Assembly: GCA_030264375.1 (NCBI GenBank)
Contig: JASCQW010000119.1
Span: 8,220,817 to 8,284,816 of the forward strand
DNA: 64,000 bases
Origin: Carcharhinus longimanus
Taxonomy: Eukaryota
Reading direction: 5' to 3'
Shown in pieces: positions 25,601 to 37,720 of the stretch (position 1 is the first letter of the stretch; each line of letters opens with the position of its first letter). The position numbers and the translations under genes were made by a program. The notes under the pieces are model-generated. The model worked only from the letters and a program-made list of their open reading frames with translations, had not been told where the DNA came from and made no database searches.

Positions 25601-27669
25601 GAAACTTAATGTGCTTGTATCAAGTATAAACTAATGATTATGCAGCTAAATAATGTGTGGTTGCAGAGGGGATTCTGTCCTAGCATCAGCATTTTGGAGA
25701 AAATTGAGTTGACGCAAAAAAAACAGACGTTCTTTTTTATGTAGTAAATATTTCCTTTCGTGGAGTGAAGTCTTTTTGTCTGCTAAACAAACATCGAGCT
25801 TCAGATGTTAGATTTTGCGTTGAAACACATTTGGAAATCTTCCTTCCTGTTGTGTATTTCGGCTAATCTAACATGTTAAATGTGCATTTGATGTTGTTTC
25901 ATTATTTTGCAGTGAATCAAATTAAATAATTTTACTTTCCAACGTGTTTAGAGATATATACATTTCACATCTCAGATCATGTTTTGACGCCAAAAAATAT
26001 GAAAATTGTAGAAAATATTAGTCCATTCTAGGCTCTTTCGCTGCAAAATTAATATTTTCATTTTTCAGTAAGCAAATTGCTTGACAAAGAAAAAGGTAAC
26101 AAAATGACATGTTTTTAATGCAGTTCTGATTCAAGTGCAACATAAAATTCAGGCGCCGGTGCCTTAAACACACTGTATTTTAATCAGCACTGAAATTTGT
26201 TTGAGAAATTGTCTGCGGCCTGCGATCAAGAAGGCAATATTATTGCATTGGTCCATTAGATGTCCTACTTGACATTCATTATGTTTTATTTAAGTAATGC
26301 ATTTCCATCTGATGGCGAGTCTGGGCATATACTGTCATATATACAAAAGGCAGGCGGCTTCTTTAAACACTGCAGTCTGCCAATTGGTCTGAGGGTGCCA
26401 CTNNNNNNNNNNNNNNNNNNNNNNNNNNNNNNNNNNNNNNNNNNGCGAGTAGTAAAACGAACGTCTACGTTGCTCTACTTTAGAGAACATTTTTCGACCG
26501 AAATGATTCTGTGAGTTGTGGTATAACTTACAAAAATAACAATAGCGTAGGTATGTTGATTGCCTTCAATTTCAGTGTCTGACAACGCTACAGTTCCATC
26601 TAAATAGCATGCATCTTAGAAAAAACGCGGAATTAGCCAAGTTTCATTGTTTTGTGGAACACGATACTAAACCGATTGGTCATTTTTCTTCGCATCTGAA
26701 TTATTTAATAGCATCGGTAAAGATGCCTGCAGAATGGTGCACACACATTTGGGGCATCGACTTGTCTCATTGTTGCGGTTCGGGATGTAGTGGCATAACT
26801 ATTGTGAAGGGGTCGTGGTGATGCACACATGCGGTGCACCGATGTATCACAATTGTACATGATTGTATTTTTTTTCGTGAGGTGCCATCGTCTCTTTGGG
26901 GACTATTATATGCTCCCCATTTCCTTATCTTGCCTTGAAATTTGTTAATGATTCACCTTCCTGAATTGTCTTTGTACATTTGGAGACGTTCAACTGCATT
27001 TTCAAGAAATTGAAATGCGCTTCAGACAATGTCCCGTTCCGGGATTTTACTGCAAACTACTTGACGTGAAGGGAACAGGTTTCGGCACTGGTGAAACTGT
27101 TCTATACCTCCAAAATCAATGATGTTTTCATGGCAACATTGCTGAGTCGAGCTTTCAAGTGCAGAAATATATGATTTCTTGAGATAATTCAAATATTACA
27201 CACTGCCTGGTTGCCGTTTATCATGGTTTCACAAAATTGAAATTTGACGTCTGCTCTTAATATTCTCGTGATATTCCCATTGAGACGGGCTTCCCTCTTA
27301 ATGTTCGAACACAGTATGTTCTGCATACCTTAAAAAAAAAAATCAAGGTTGCACAAATATGCCGTCATTAATATACCACATCATTCGATAAAACAGCTAA
27401 CAGTTTTTTTCAATAAAAAATGCAGAACTGTGATGGCACACTGACCAGGAAAGATGAATGGGATTGTTCTTCAATGTATAAAGTGGAAAATGTGAAAAAT
27501 AAATGATTAAAGTGGTGGCTGTGTTTAGCAAGTTAGCTGCGTTTTTCATTGGATATAAACAAATGTAGTGACTTGACTTTTTTTTTCAATTAAATTTTCT
27601 TACCAGTGATTAGACAAACGCATAATAGAGCACAAAGTAAGACCTCACAATGAGCGTTGCTAACGTCCG

Positions 27670-28235
27670 CTAATGGGCAATGAAATACTCCAGAATGAGC
27701 ATAATGGAATCGCCTCAATGTGGGGCACTAGAAGACATCATAAGGATTAAATTATGATTACTTCAGAAAGCCAAATCAACAAAGGAATGGACTGAAGTTA
27801 AGGCAATTTGATGTGAACGTCCAATTTCTTAAATGTAGATGAATAAACAAAGAGATGATGGGTTGCATTCTGAAGAAATGCATCGATAAGAGTCTTCAAG
27901 ATAAACTAGGGAATATTGAACATGTAATATAATCATCCACGATAGATAAGTCCACAGTAATATACTGAAGTAACGTGATCAATTAACTGGAACCAGAATT
28001 CAAAAGGTTGCAAAAAAGAGCAACATTATTTAACTAAAAGGGAACCAAGAGAACAAAAAGTAGGCTATGCTGAACTCCATAAAAACACAAGTAGAAAGTG
28101 ATAGCAGGTTCAGTTGAGTGGTGAATCATAAGATTAAGAGCTTGAAGAATGTAAGTTTAATAATGAATATTTAACTTTTTTTATTGTTCGAACGGCAGCA
28201 GCAGAAACAATTCCGACAGGGAGAGGTACTGTGAT
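27670..28235 (+). mobile_element. Possible very old LTR-retrotransposon (Gypsy-like) integrase C-terminal remnant
   Basis: A-rich strand with scattered motif echoes in the expected order: PQCG.LE (cf. PQSNG.AER), MMGCILKKCID (cf. LMGR.LR..LD), QENKK.GYA, FIVRT. Heavily frameshifted. Confidence 0.25.
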
Positions 28236-29109
28236 TTCATGCCAGGCCCAGATTTCTGAAATGGACACATCCGTTGAAAGAAATACGAGGATTCCGATAA
28301 CTACATGAAAACAATAGTGTTCCAAAAATGAGGTGTTGAATTTAAGCGCCTGAAAGAGAAGACACTCTTCATTTTTTTCCCTGTAAGCGAATTAGGAAAC
28401 CAGGAGGAGTTCGTCAAATTGACAGACAAAATGTGCTCGAGGGCTGACAGATCACGTGTGCTTGTTGCATTTTAGAAGAACACCATGCACTTTTATTTCA
28501 TGTAGCAGTCTTTGGTGCGGCTCCTCATCAAATGTTTTCTGGAAACTTCAGTAATATGCCCCAGTGTGCAATATATCGAGTAATTAAAAAAAAACATGCT
28601 GCAACAGAGCGCACTTCGGTAGTGGATCAAATTGGATCCTTTGGATACTTCTCTCTACGGCTTATTATGGCGAGGAAGCATAGAGGGAGAAATTGTTGTT
28701 AAGTACGTGGAGTACGGGAGGTCGCTTGAGAGGCTCGACTGCCGCTGTTAGAATTTTCAAATGTTTTCCAAACTGTCAGCACAGAAAACCATTTCTTGCT
28801 CGTCTGTCATAGATAAACGATGCTTCAGTGCAAGTAATTAGAAATTTATTGACAGCACCAGGTTTTTTCCGCTATTGCCGTGTCTGTAAATATCGGACCC
28901 AGGTCATGGATATATGAAATTCTGAATCAGAGAGAAAACATATTCTAACTCACGTATATCACATTGCTGGTTAATATTTAGGTTTTAGTTACGGAAGATT
29001 GTAAGAAGGGCTTTAACGGGAACCGGTGATTATCCCATTAAGGGAAATCTAACATAAACAAAAATCGCATGGTCTGTGCAACTGGGTGTAAATGCCCGAT
29101 GAACGAATT

Positions 29110-29208
29110 ATTTTGAAGCCAGAGTAGGAAAGGCTGGAAAATCTCAACAGGAATGACAGCATGTGTATGGAGACAAAATAGCTGATATGTCGAGTCCAGA
29201 TCATCTTA
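29110..29208 (-). mobile_element. PLE family A terminal fragment
   Basis: 'ggctggaaaatctcaacagg..gacagcatgtgtatggagacaaaatagctgatatgtcgagtccagatcatc' is reverse-complementary to the element at 260-345. Confidence 0.55.
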
Positions 29209-30504
29209 TAAAATATTTTGCCAAGAGCTGGGTGTAGCCACGAGTTTGTTGCACTCTTATTAATATATACTTTTTTTTTGTTTTTAAATGTGTTTTATGT
29301 GCTTTTAACATATGTCACTGACGGAACCCTGTTCTTGTCAGTACGTAGAATCCTTCAATAAGACCATTTACTTCCGGTGCCTACCTGTCCCTTGACTTTC
29401 ACCTATCAAATCTCTGGCCCATGCCACTGTCTTCCGAAATAGACCTGTGCTGCACTGTGCTGCGTTAAATTTCAAAGAACGAAATAGAAATTGAATTATG
29501 TCAGTTAAATCACTCAACATCGAACTCCATCTTTTGAAAGATATAGGTACACTTTGCACTGAACAAAACATCGTTCAAAGTTCTCATATTCGGGTACTGT
29601 TGCAGAATTGGGAATACTATCCCCTCCCCCCCAAAAAAACAGGTGTGAACCCAATATGGTCATCCTTACGGAATTGTACAATGCAGAAAAAAAAAGAACA
29701 CCATCATCCTTGGCAATGCTCTGATCAACGAGCAGGGCATATCCAGTTAAATAGCGGCAGAAATTTTAGGTTTATACATGGAAAGGAAATATCATTCTTA
29801 TCAGCAACTAATGCCCCTCAATTCTGATGCAGTCCTGTAGTCAAATGACGAGCTGTACTCTGAAGTAAATGCTGCAATTATAAATGGGGGTCAATTCCGA
29901 TCTCATTTAAAAATCATATACAGGACTGGAACTTCGCATATTTGTGGGGGAAATCATTTGGCTGCCGGTTTCCATCTATTTTCCAGCTGTGAACGGCCCT
30001 TGCCATTGAAAAATGTACTTTTATTTATTTAGTAATTGTGCTGCATTATCTAGTTTAAATGCTGAAAATGTCCTTCACCATTTCAGCACAGATTTGGTTG
30101 ATGACTGCACAACACACGTGCGTCCGAATTTTACAGCGAAAGCAAGGATACCGATAATTGTGCCGTGTGACTCAGCACTCAACGAATCAACGCCGAACAC
30201 GATTGCCTTCCATTGCTCAAGAATGAAATGGCAAATTTGGAGGAATTTGTAATTGTTCTGCCAGGCAAAAGGAAACGATTTTGTTACCTTTATGGATTTG
30301 TGTTGTCCATTCTGAAAACTTGAAAGACTGTGTGACACTCAGTTCTTCTTGCATTATGAAATTGTTTCTTCGACATATTGAACAACTATTTGGGTAAAGG
30401 TCAAACCCGGAAAAAAAAACGAGGGACTGAAATTTTGGTTGAGTGAGCTTTTTTTTTCCTCGAAGCCTTTAAAATTTCTAAATGTATCCTTTAGAAAATA
30501 ACGT

Positions 30505-30754
30505 CCTGACATCCGGAGTTGAGGGGTTTGAGCTATGAGGAGAGGCTGAATGAACTAGGCTTGTACTCGTTAGAGTTTAGAAGAATGAGGGGAGATCTCA
30601 TTGNNNNNNNNNNNNNNNNNNNNNNNNNNNNNNNNNNNNNNNNNNNNNNNNNNNNNNNNNNNNNNNNNNNNNNNNNNNNNNNNNNNNNNNNNNNNNNNNN
30701 NNNGGGCCAGATGGCCTACTCCTGCTCCTATTTCTTATGTTCTTATGTTCTTAT
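30505..30754 (+). mobile_element. CR1 3' fragment (ttcttatg tail), with gap
   Basis: LRGLSYEERLNELGLYSLEFRRMRGDLI, gap, then ggcctactcctgctcctatttcttatgttcttatg. Confidence 0.9.
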
Positions 30755-31687
30755 CTTCGAATTAAGTCAAACAGACATCACTCCTTAATTCTGAAAATTA
30801 CCAACCAGTTATATAATTTTGCGAGTTGTATCCGATGATAATTTTTACATGACAGACACTTTGGAGTTGAACAAGATGTCTGCCAGTATATCATTTGGTT
30901 TTCTTCTGTATACACAAGATTAAGAACTTACCCTTGTCACCTGCCAATGTTGTTGTGATTTTCTGTAACTTCGGTGGTTGTAACCTGTCACAAAGATATC
31001 ATTATTTATGTTCCTATACAACAAGTTAAAAAGGCTGTTGTGTCCATCTTTTTTTTTTCAAAGTGGTATAACACTGGCGAATGCCAACGGGATGGAGGCA
31101 ATTTTGCAGAATTTGTTTGTTGTTTAATGATAGAACGTATCACACACCGATAGGGAAAAAAAAATCGCCTCTCATTGCGAATCAGTACAGAACTGTTCGC
31201 TCCAATGATCTTACTTGGATTACTCTTGCACAGGGCGAATGGTGTAAAGTTAGACTACGGTTCAACATGTACAATTATATGCTACGCGTACAGATTGGTA
31301 ATGTCGTCTTCTTTCCATCCATCTCTATTTATTCTATTCGATGATATATTCAAATTTCTCAATATAATGCGCCCGATCTTCAGTGAATTTTTGAAGAAAT
31401 TTATTTCTGCAATCACAGGCATATCTGCAGCTGTGTTGGTCTTTGTAAGCTTGCATTGTACTGTACTATGTTCCATCCGATTAAATTGGTTGTTTTCCCT
31501 TCTTTATCGGAGGCGTAGTAACTTTGCTCTAGTGGTTTAGAAACAAATAGCAAACTTTAAAAAAAAAACACAATTTTGACAGGCCGTTTTGAATCCATCC
31601 AGACATGACTCTAAGATATAACTGCTGGAAACGAAGCCCATCCCATTTCCAAATGGGCCAGTTCTAAACAATTGACACTTAAGTGCG

Positions 31688-32622
31688 TAAGAACACAAGA
31701 AATAGGAGCAGGAGTAGGCGAACTAGCCGTTCGAGCCTGCCCGGCCATTCAATAAGATCATGGCTGATCTGATTTGGATCAGGTCCAAATTCCCGCTTTC
31801 TCTCCATAACCTTTAATTCGCTTGTCTGTCAAAAACCTATCTACCCGTGACTTTAATATATTTAGCGAGATGGCCTCCNNNNNNNNNNNNNNNNNNNNNN
31901 NNNNNNNNNNNNNNNNNNNNNNNNNNNNNNNNNNNNNNNNNNNNNNNNNNNNNNNNNNNNNNNNNNNNNNNNNNNNNNTCTATCCCCCTCGCTATAAAGG
32001 CCAGCATACCATTCGCCTTCTTGATCACCTGCTGCACCTGCAGACTGGGTTTTTGTGACTCATGCGCAAGGACCCCCAGGTCCCTCTGCACCGTAGCATG
32101 CTGCAGCTTTTCGCCCTTTACATAGAAATCCCTCCTACTATTATTCCTGCCAAAGTTGATAACCTCACACTTTCTAACATTGTGCTCCATCTGCCAGGTC
32201 CTCGCCCACTCGCTCAGTCTATCCAGATCCCTCTGCAGACTTTCCACACCCTCCGCACATTTTGCTTTTCCACTCACCTTCATGTCATCAGCAAATTTTG
32301 TTACCCTTTACTCAATCCCCTCCTCCAGATCATCTATATGAATGGTTAATAGCTGAGGCCCTAGCACCGATCTCTGCGGCAATACACTCGGCACCAACCA
32401 CCAATCAGAACAGCACCCATTGATACCAACTCTCTGCCTCCTATTAGACAACCAATCCTCCATCCAAGCTAACACCTTACCCCTAACTCCATGCCCCCTA
32501 ACCTTCTGAAGCAATCTTTTGCGCGGCACCTTATCAAACGTCTTTTGAAAAACGAGAAACAACGCATCCACCGGTTCCGCTCTGTCTACCGCACTAATCA
32601 CATCCTCATAGAAATCCAATAA
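31688..32622 (-). mobile_element. CR1 RT and 3' end (ttcttatg-tail subfamily), with gap
   Basis: ORFs 32308-32670 (FQKTFDKVPRKRLL..PQRSVLGPQL) and 31837-32283 (LQRDLDRLSEWARTWQM..KKANGMLAFIARG). Confidence 0.92.
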
Positions 32623-32819
32623 ATAACTTTCAAAGAAATATTGCTCAAAGAGCCTGACATAACATGTCACTGGGACAGTCTTAATACGGGCATCCTATAC
32701 AGTATAAGAGGCTATTTCACACACAGTAGACAACTGGTTGACCTCACTGGAAGTTCCAAAGGTCAGACATGTCAAATGATGTAAAGTTATTCTTCAGAAT
32801 GCAATATGAAAACACAATA

Positions 32820-33140
32820 ATATTCCGTGGATAATCAGTCGGAGTTGTGAGGGTTTATCGAGAATCTGGGAATGGTTTGTTTTTGGGAAACAAAGCTCAG
32901 GAAAGGGCTGATAAAGGTATTCTAAATCCTCAGAAACGTGCCAATGGATGATCCCGAGAAATGCTTTCTTGATATCGAGAATATCAAGGACTACGTGGCA
33001 CTGCTTCTAACAAATTTGCGAAGAAGCATGCGAGGGAAATTAAATCGTGTTTACATTTGATGTAAAAAGAGGCTTGAGTCTGCAATGAACTTCCTCAGAG
33101 ACTGATGAATGACTGCCCGAATTGAACATTTGAGAGGAAG
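32820..33140 (+). mobile_element. Very old CR1 3' remnant
   Basis: Weak similarity to the CR1 ORF2 C-terminus (..gggctgataaaggtattctaaatc..gtctgcaatgaacttcc). Confidence 0.3.
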
Positions 33141-34191
33141 GAATGCGCACATTCACAGATAGAAATGTAGAACTCCACAGTAAGTTCCTTCCTGGAGGCA
33201 ACAAAGGCTGGATGAGCGAAATGTCGAACAACTGAACGTTAAAGTTAGTTTGCATCCATTAGTCTGTGATTGTGTCTGTTGTACGAACAGTGACTTAAAG
33301 TTTGATTACTAAACCATTAATTTAACTTTTGACTATACCGGATCAGTTTCATATTCTTGAATCCGCATCAAAATTCCTTTATTATGTTTGGCTTATTTAA
33401 GCAATGTGGTCATCACAGACTGCGTAAAAAAAAGTGTAATTTCAATCATTGCCCTTGCCAATACGTTAGTTAGGTGCATTTGTTTTATTCACTGCACGAG
33501 CTCAGGTAAAATGACACCAGTAGTGCTGCGGAGAGGGAATTGCAAATTTTTGAACTCTCTGCTGCACGAACGGTTTTTTGTTTGGATGGAATACATAATG
33601 GAGTTATGCAAACTTCTTTTTTTGCCGGCAGTCCAGTCCACACGCCATCAATTATGATTTATATGGTAGATGTTGTTGCTGAAGAACTCGTGATAATTGC
33701 AGTATATAATTTTCTTTTTTGTTTTGTTTAATAAAATGCACATTGTTGTATTTTGTTAAACACATAAACTCGTTTTTGTTTATATACTGCTCTGTGAAAT
33801 GTAACTTATCTTCCCAGAAACAATAATATGACCACAAGTTTCCAGCTTAAGGCAGAAATCGTTCCTTGATCTTTACACAACTCGTCACCTCATATTACGT
33901 GTCGAATGCATTTACACATGGCTGCTACTTACATCGATCATATTGAAAATTAGACATAAGTTGTTGTGAACTGGTCATTTTTTTTCTGAAATATTATTTA
34001 AAGAGTAAACACAGTTTTGCAAAAACGTCTTAACAATATAACTCTAATCTCCAGAAATACGTAAATTAAAAGATCTTCTGGCCGGCAAATGTAAGTCATA
34101 TCATCAAGAGACTAGAATTATTCATTGAAAGGATAATTCGTTTTACTGAGGGCAAACTTGCACTTCCATCATCTGGTAACATTAATATGCA

Positions 34192-34360
34192 TGATGTAGA
34201 GATGCCGGAGATGGACTGGGTAAACGCAGCAAGGAGTCTCACAACACCAGGTTAAAAACCAGGTGAGTCACCTAACGAAGGAACAGCGTTCCGAAAGATA
34301 GTGGCTTTTGCTTCCAAATAAATCTATTGGAATTTAACCTGGTGTTGTGAGACTTCTTAA
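34192..34360. mobile_element. Minimal (~170 bp) PLE family B insertion with inverted termini
   Basis: aaggagtctcacaacaccaggttaaa / tttaacctggtgttgtgagacttctt inverted pair. The complete tail is on the left. Degenerate TSD cattaatatgc / cattcatatgc. Contains 'ctaacgaaggaacagcgttccgaaa'. Confidence 0.8.
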
Positions 34361-35199
34361 TCCATTCATATGCCTCATGATGCGATTAACAGGAACGTTA
34401 CGTATACAAATACATGGTTTTAGACCCGCTCGCTAGGGGGTGACCAGCAATTCCCTTCCAAGTTCAAAGGAGATTTAAATTGTTGAGTCCTGACCCTCTT
34501 TGTTTTCGTGGCGGGCGAGTTGCTATCATTGTGGCTAAAGCCTCTGACATCTATAATAGAACCACGTTCTGTTGTTGATATGTTCAGTCTACTAAGTGAA
34601 TAATCTTGACTTGGTTCCGTGATCTTCCTCTGTGAAAATATTGTGCCCAAAATGCGATAGGTATACATATATTTCGGAAAGTCGGCAGTAATCAATCTTG
34701 TAATGTAATTGGAAACGACACTGGATAATGCCGAAGCTCCACAAAATAAATAAACTCCTACGTCCTTTGTTTCTTCTTTATTTTGAATGTGGAGGAAGCA
34801 ATGATTACTGAAGAAGTACAGAGGAATAATATCAGGAATAACCTTGGATGGTTTCGCATGATATCCATAACGGTTAAAAGCATCCTGAGCACGAACTCAT
34901 CAACATAACCATCTCTGAATCGCCGATGTCTATATTAATTGGATAAGGGCGACCCTTTTCAATGAAAATTGTGGACTTTAAAAACATAGCCAGATTCGAA
35001 CATTGGAACGAAGAGAAGCGTTCAACATATAAGTGGTGTATATCTAATATACATTCATTATTCCCACTCAGCATCTTTCAACTTGACTACACTTGTAAAG
35101 TGGTTGATCGCACCCCCTGATTGTCATATATTAACAGTGAAACGTTACGTACCTCGAAACAAAAAACAACTAACCGAACGGGTAGTCACATCGAAATTT

Positions 35200-35600
35200 G
35201 CAGACATTTTTTGAGAGTACATATTTAGCATGATCAGGTCCGACATCTCGGGTCCTTATGCTGTGACAAACTTTCTTATTTTCTCTTCTTCATAACCAGA
35301 GAACACAACCTCCTGGTGTGCATCCGATTAAATAGGCATAGGAAAACATGAGTTTTGGGACAGAATAGACACAATAAAGAATCAGACACTAGCTCTTGTC
35401 AGGCAATATGTGAGTAGCAACACACTGCAAGCGTCTAATGTATTCTTAAACATGACGACCAGCTTTGCACGTAATACTCAAAATGTGGCTCAAACATGGT
35501 TTGTAATATCATGAAAGAAGTACATATCCATACAATCCATCGTCTCTCATGAAAGGCCAACACAATATTCAGCAACTGGATTGCTTGTTATACCTTCGAG
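35200..35600 (-). mobile_element. Old CR1 RT C-terminal remnant
   Basis: Reverse complement gives ..gagccacattttgagtattacgtgcaaagctggtcgtcatgtttaagaatac.. (PHFEYYVQSWSSCLR). Confidence 0.5.
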
Positions 35601-35939
35601 GTAAATGATTTTCTGGTCCATTCCACGGGCATCATAATTGACTTTAAATATGAATTCACCACTCTCAATTTGAGTGAAACAATAAATCAAATGACTTTAT
35701 TTTTAATACATTGTGCAACGCATTTTTCCCCCAGGAAGCTGCCTCCCTTATGTTGTAAAAACGTATTTTTCAGACTGCCGATGCTAATTTGACTGTCTCT
35801 CTTTAACATCGGGCAACGCATCAATCGTATTTCTTGTGAGGATTTGCTATTCCATAGAAACATCAGAACATATGAAATCGTAGCAGAAATAGCAGGAGAA
35901 ATCCAGGACATTGAGTTTGTTCTATGCTCATTGTTCCTG

Positions 35940-36750
35940 TGGAGCAGCATCGAGAGGCAGTGATTTCTGGGCGTGTGTGCAGTTCGCGAGTAAGGTACTT
36001 TTTCTTGTTTATATTTTTTAACTTTTATTTCTAGTTTAAAGTCGCGAGTAGCGGTGTTTTTTTTTCTTTTTTTGAATTAGTTCGGAACCGGAAGTCGTCA
36101 CTAGGATGCTTACCGGTATTTGTAGTTTTTTGTTCGGGTCTCCGACCCGATAAATCGGCACGAAGAGGATACCCGATCCTCTACATCGGTAGAGAATCCC
36201 ACCCTCCCACCTCCTCTAACCTAATTATAAGTGAGTGGGAAGTTTTTTTTTGTTTTTTTCTGCTGGAAATTGTTTCAGGGATGGCAGTTCAGGCAGTAAG
36301 CTGCATGTCCTGTGGTATGTATGTGGTGAGGTAAATCAGTAGTGTTTCTGCTGATTTTACCTGTAGGAAGTGTATTCAATTGCAGCTTCTAGAGAAGCGT
36401 GTTAAGGAGCTGGAGTTGGAATTGGAGGAACTCCGGATAATTCGGGAGGCTGAGGCAGACATAGATAGNNNNNNNNNNNNNNNNNNNNNNNNNNNNNNNN
36501 NNNNNNNNNNNNNNNNNNNNNNNNNNNNNNNNNNNNNNNNNNNNNNNNNNNNNNNNNNNNNNNNNNNNNNNNNNNNNNNNNNNNNNNNNNNNNNNNNNNN
36601 NNNNNNNNNNNNNNNNNNNNNNNNNNNNNNNNNNNNNNNNNNNNNNNNNNNNNNNNNNNNNNNNNNNNNNNNNNCATGATCTTATTGAATGGCGGGGAGG
36701 CTCGAAGGGCTAGATGGCCTACTCCTGCTCCTATTTCTTATGTTCTTATG
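35940..36750 (+). mobile_element. CR1 with 5' UTR and ORF1 start; middle lost in a 206-N gap; ttcttatg tail
   Basis: From ATG 36281: MAVQAVSCMSCGMYVVR*ISSVSADFTCRKCIQLQLLEKRVKELELELEELRIIREAE, the CR1 ORF1 CxxC..CxxC zinc finger plus leucine zipper, with a premature TAA at 36332. Tail at 36675-36750. Confidence 0.85.
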
Positions 36751-37720
36751 TCTCAGGGATCTGTTTTGGGGCCACAGTTGTTTGTCATTTTTATAAATGA
36801 CCTAGATGAGGGTGTGGACGGATAGGTTAATAAATTTGTTCAAAACACCAAAGTCGGAGGAGTTGTAGACAGTGCGGATGGATGTTACATTTGCAGATGG
36901 ACTTAGATAAGCTGCCGACCAGGGCTGAGAGGTGGCAAATGGAGTTTAATGCGGAAAAGCGTAAGGTGATTCACTTTGGTAAGAGTAACAGGAGTACAGA
37001 ATATAGGGCTAATGGAAAGACTCTTGGTAGTGTCGACGAGCAGAGAGATATCGGTGTACATGTGTATAGATCCTTGAAAGTTGGCACCCAGGTTGATGAG
37101 GTTGTTATGAAAGCATACGGTGTGTTAGCTTTTATTGGTAGAGGGATTGAATTTCGGAGCCGTGAGATCATGTTGCAACTGTAAACAACTCTGGTGCGAC
37201 CGCACTTAAGTATTGTTTACAGTTCTGGTCGCCGCATGATAAGAACAATGTGGAGACATTGGAAAGAGTGCGGAGGAGGTTTACCAGGATGTCGCTGGTA
37301 TGGTGGGAAGGTCTTATGAGGAAAGGCTGAGGGACTTGCGGTTATTTTCGTTAGAGAGAAGAAGGTTAAGAGGTGACCTAATTGAGCCATGTAAGATGAT
37401 CAAAGGTTAGATCGGGTGGACAGTGAGAACCTTTTTCTTCGGATGGCACGAGGGGACATAGCTTTAAATTGAGGGGTGGTAATTATAGGACGCATGCCAG
37501 AGGTAGGTTCTTTACTCAGAGGGAAGTAGAGGCGTTGATTGCCCTGCCTGCAGCAGTTGTGAACTCGCCAACTCTAAGGGAATTCAAATGGTCAGTGCAT
37601 AGGCATATGGATAACATTGAAATAGTTTAGGTTCGAGGATCATTACATTCGTTCCACTGGTCGGCGCAACATCGAGGGCCGAAGGACCTGTACTGTGCTG
37701 TAATGTTCTAAGTTCTATCT
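36751..37720 (+). mobile_element. CR1 RT C-terminal part and 3' UTR (gttctat-tail subfamily)
   Basis: QGSVLGPQLFVIFINDLD..LQMDLDKL..AERWQMEFNAEK..KAYGVLAFIGRGIEFRS; tail 'ggtcggcgcaacatcgagggccgaaggacctgtactgtgctgtaatgttcta'. Confidence 0.92.

Noticed and set aside
36469-36674. Very short 'complete' CR1 elements (also 43470-43718) as natural internal-deletion derivatives
   Set aside because: The missing middles coincide with N gaps, so these are assembly collapses.
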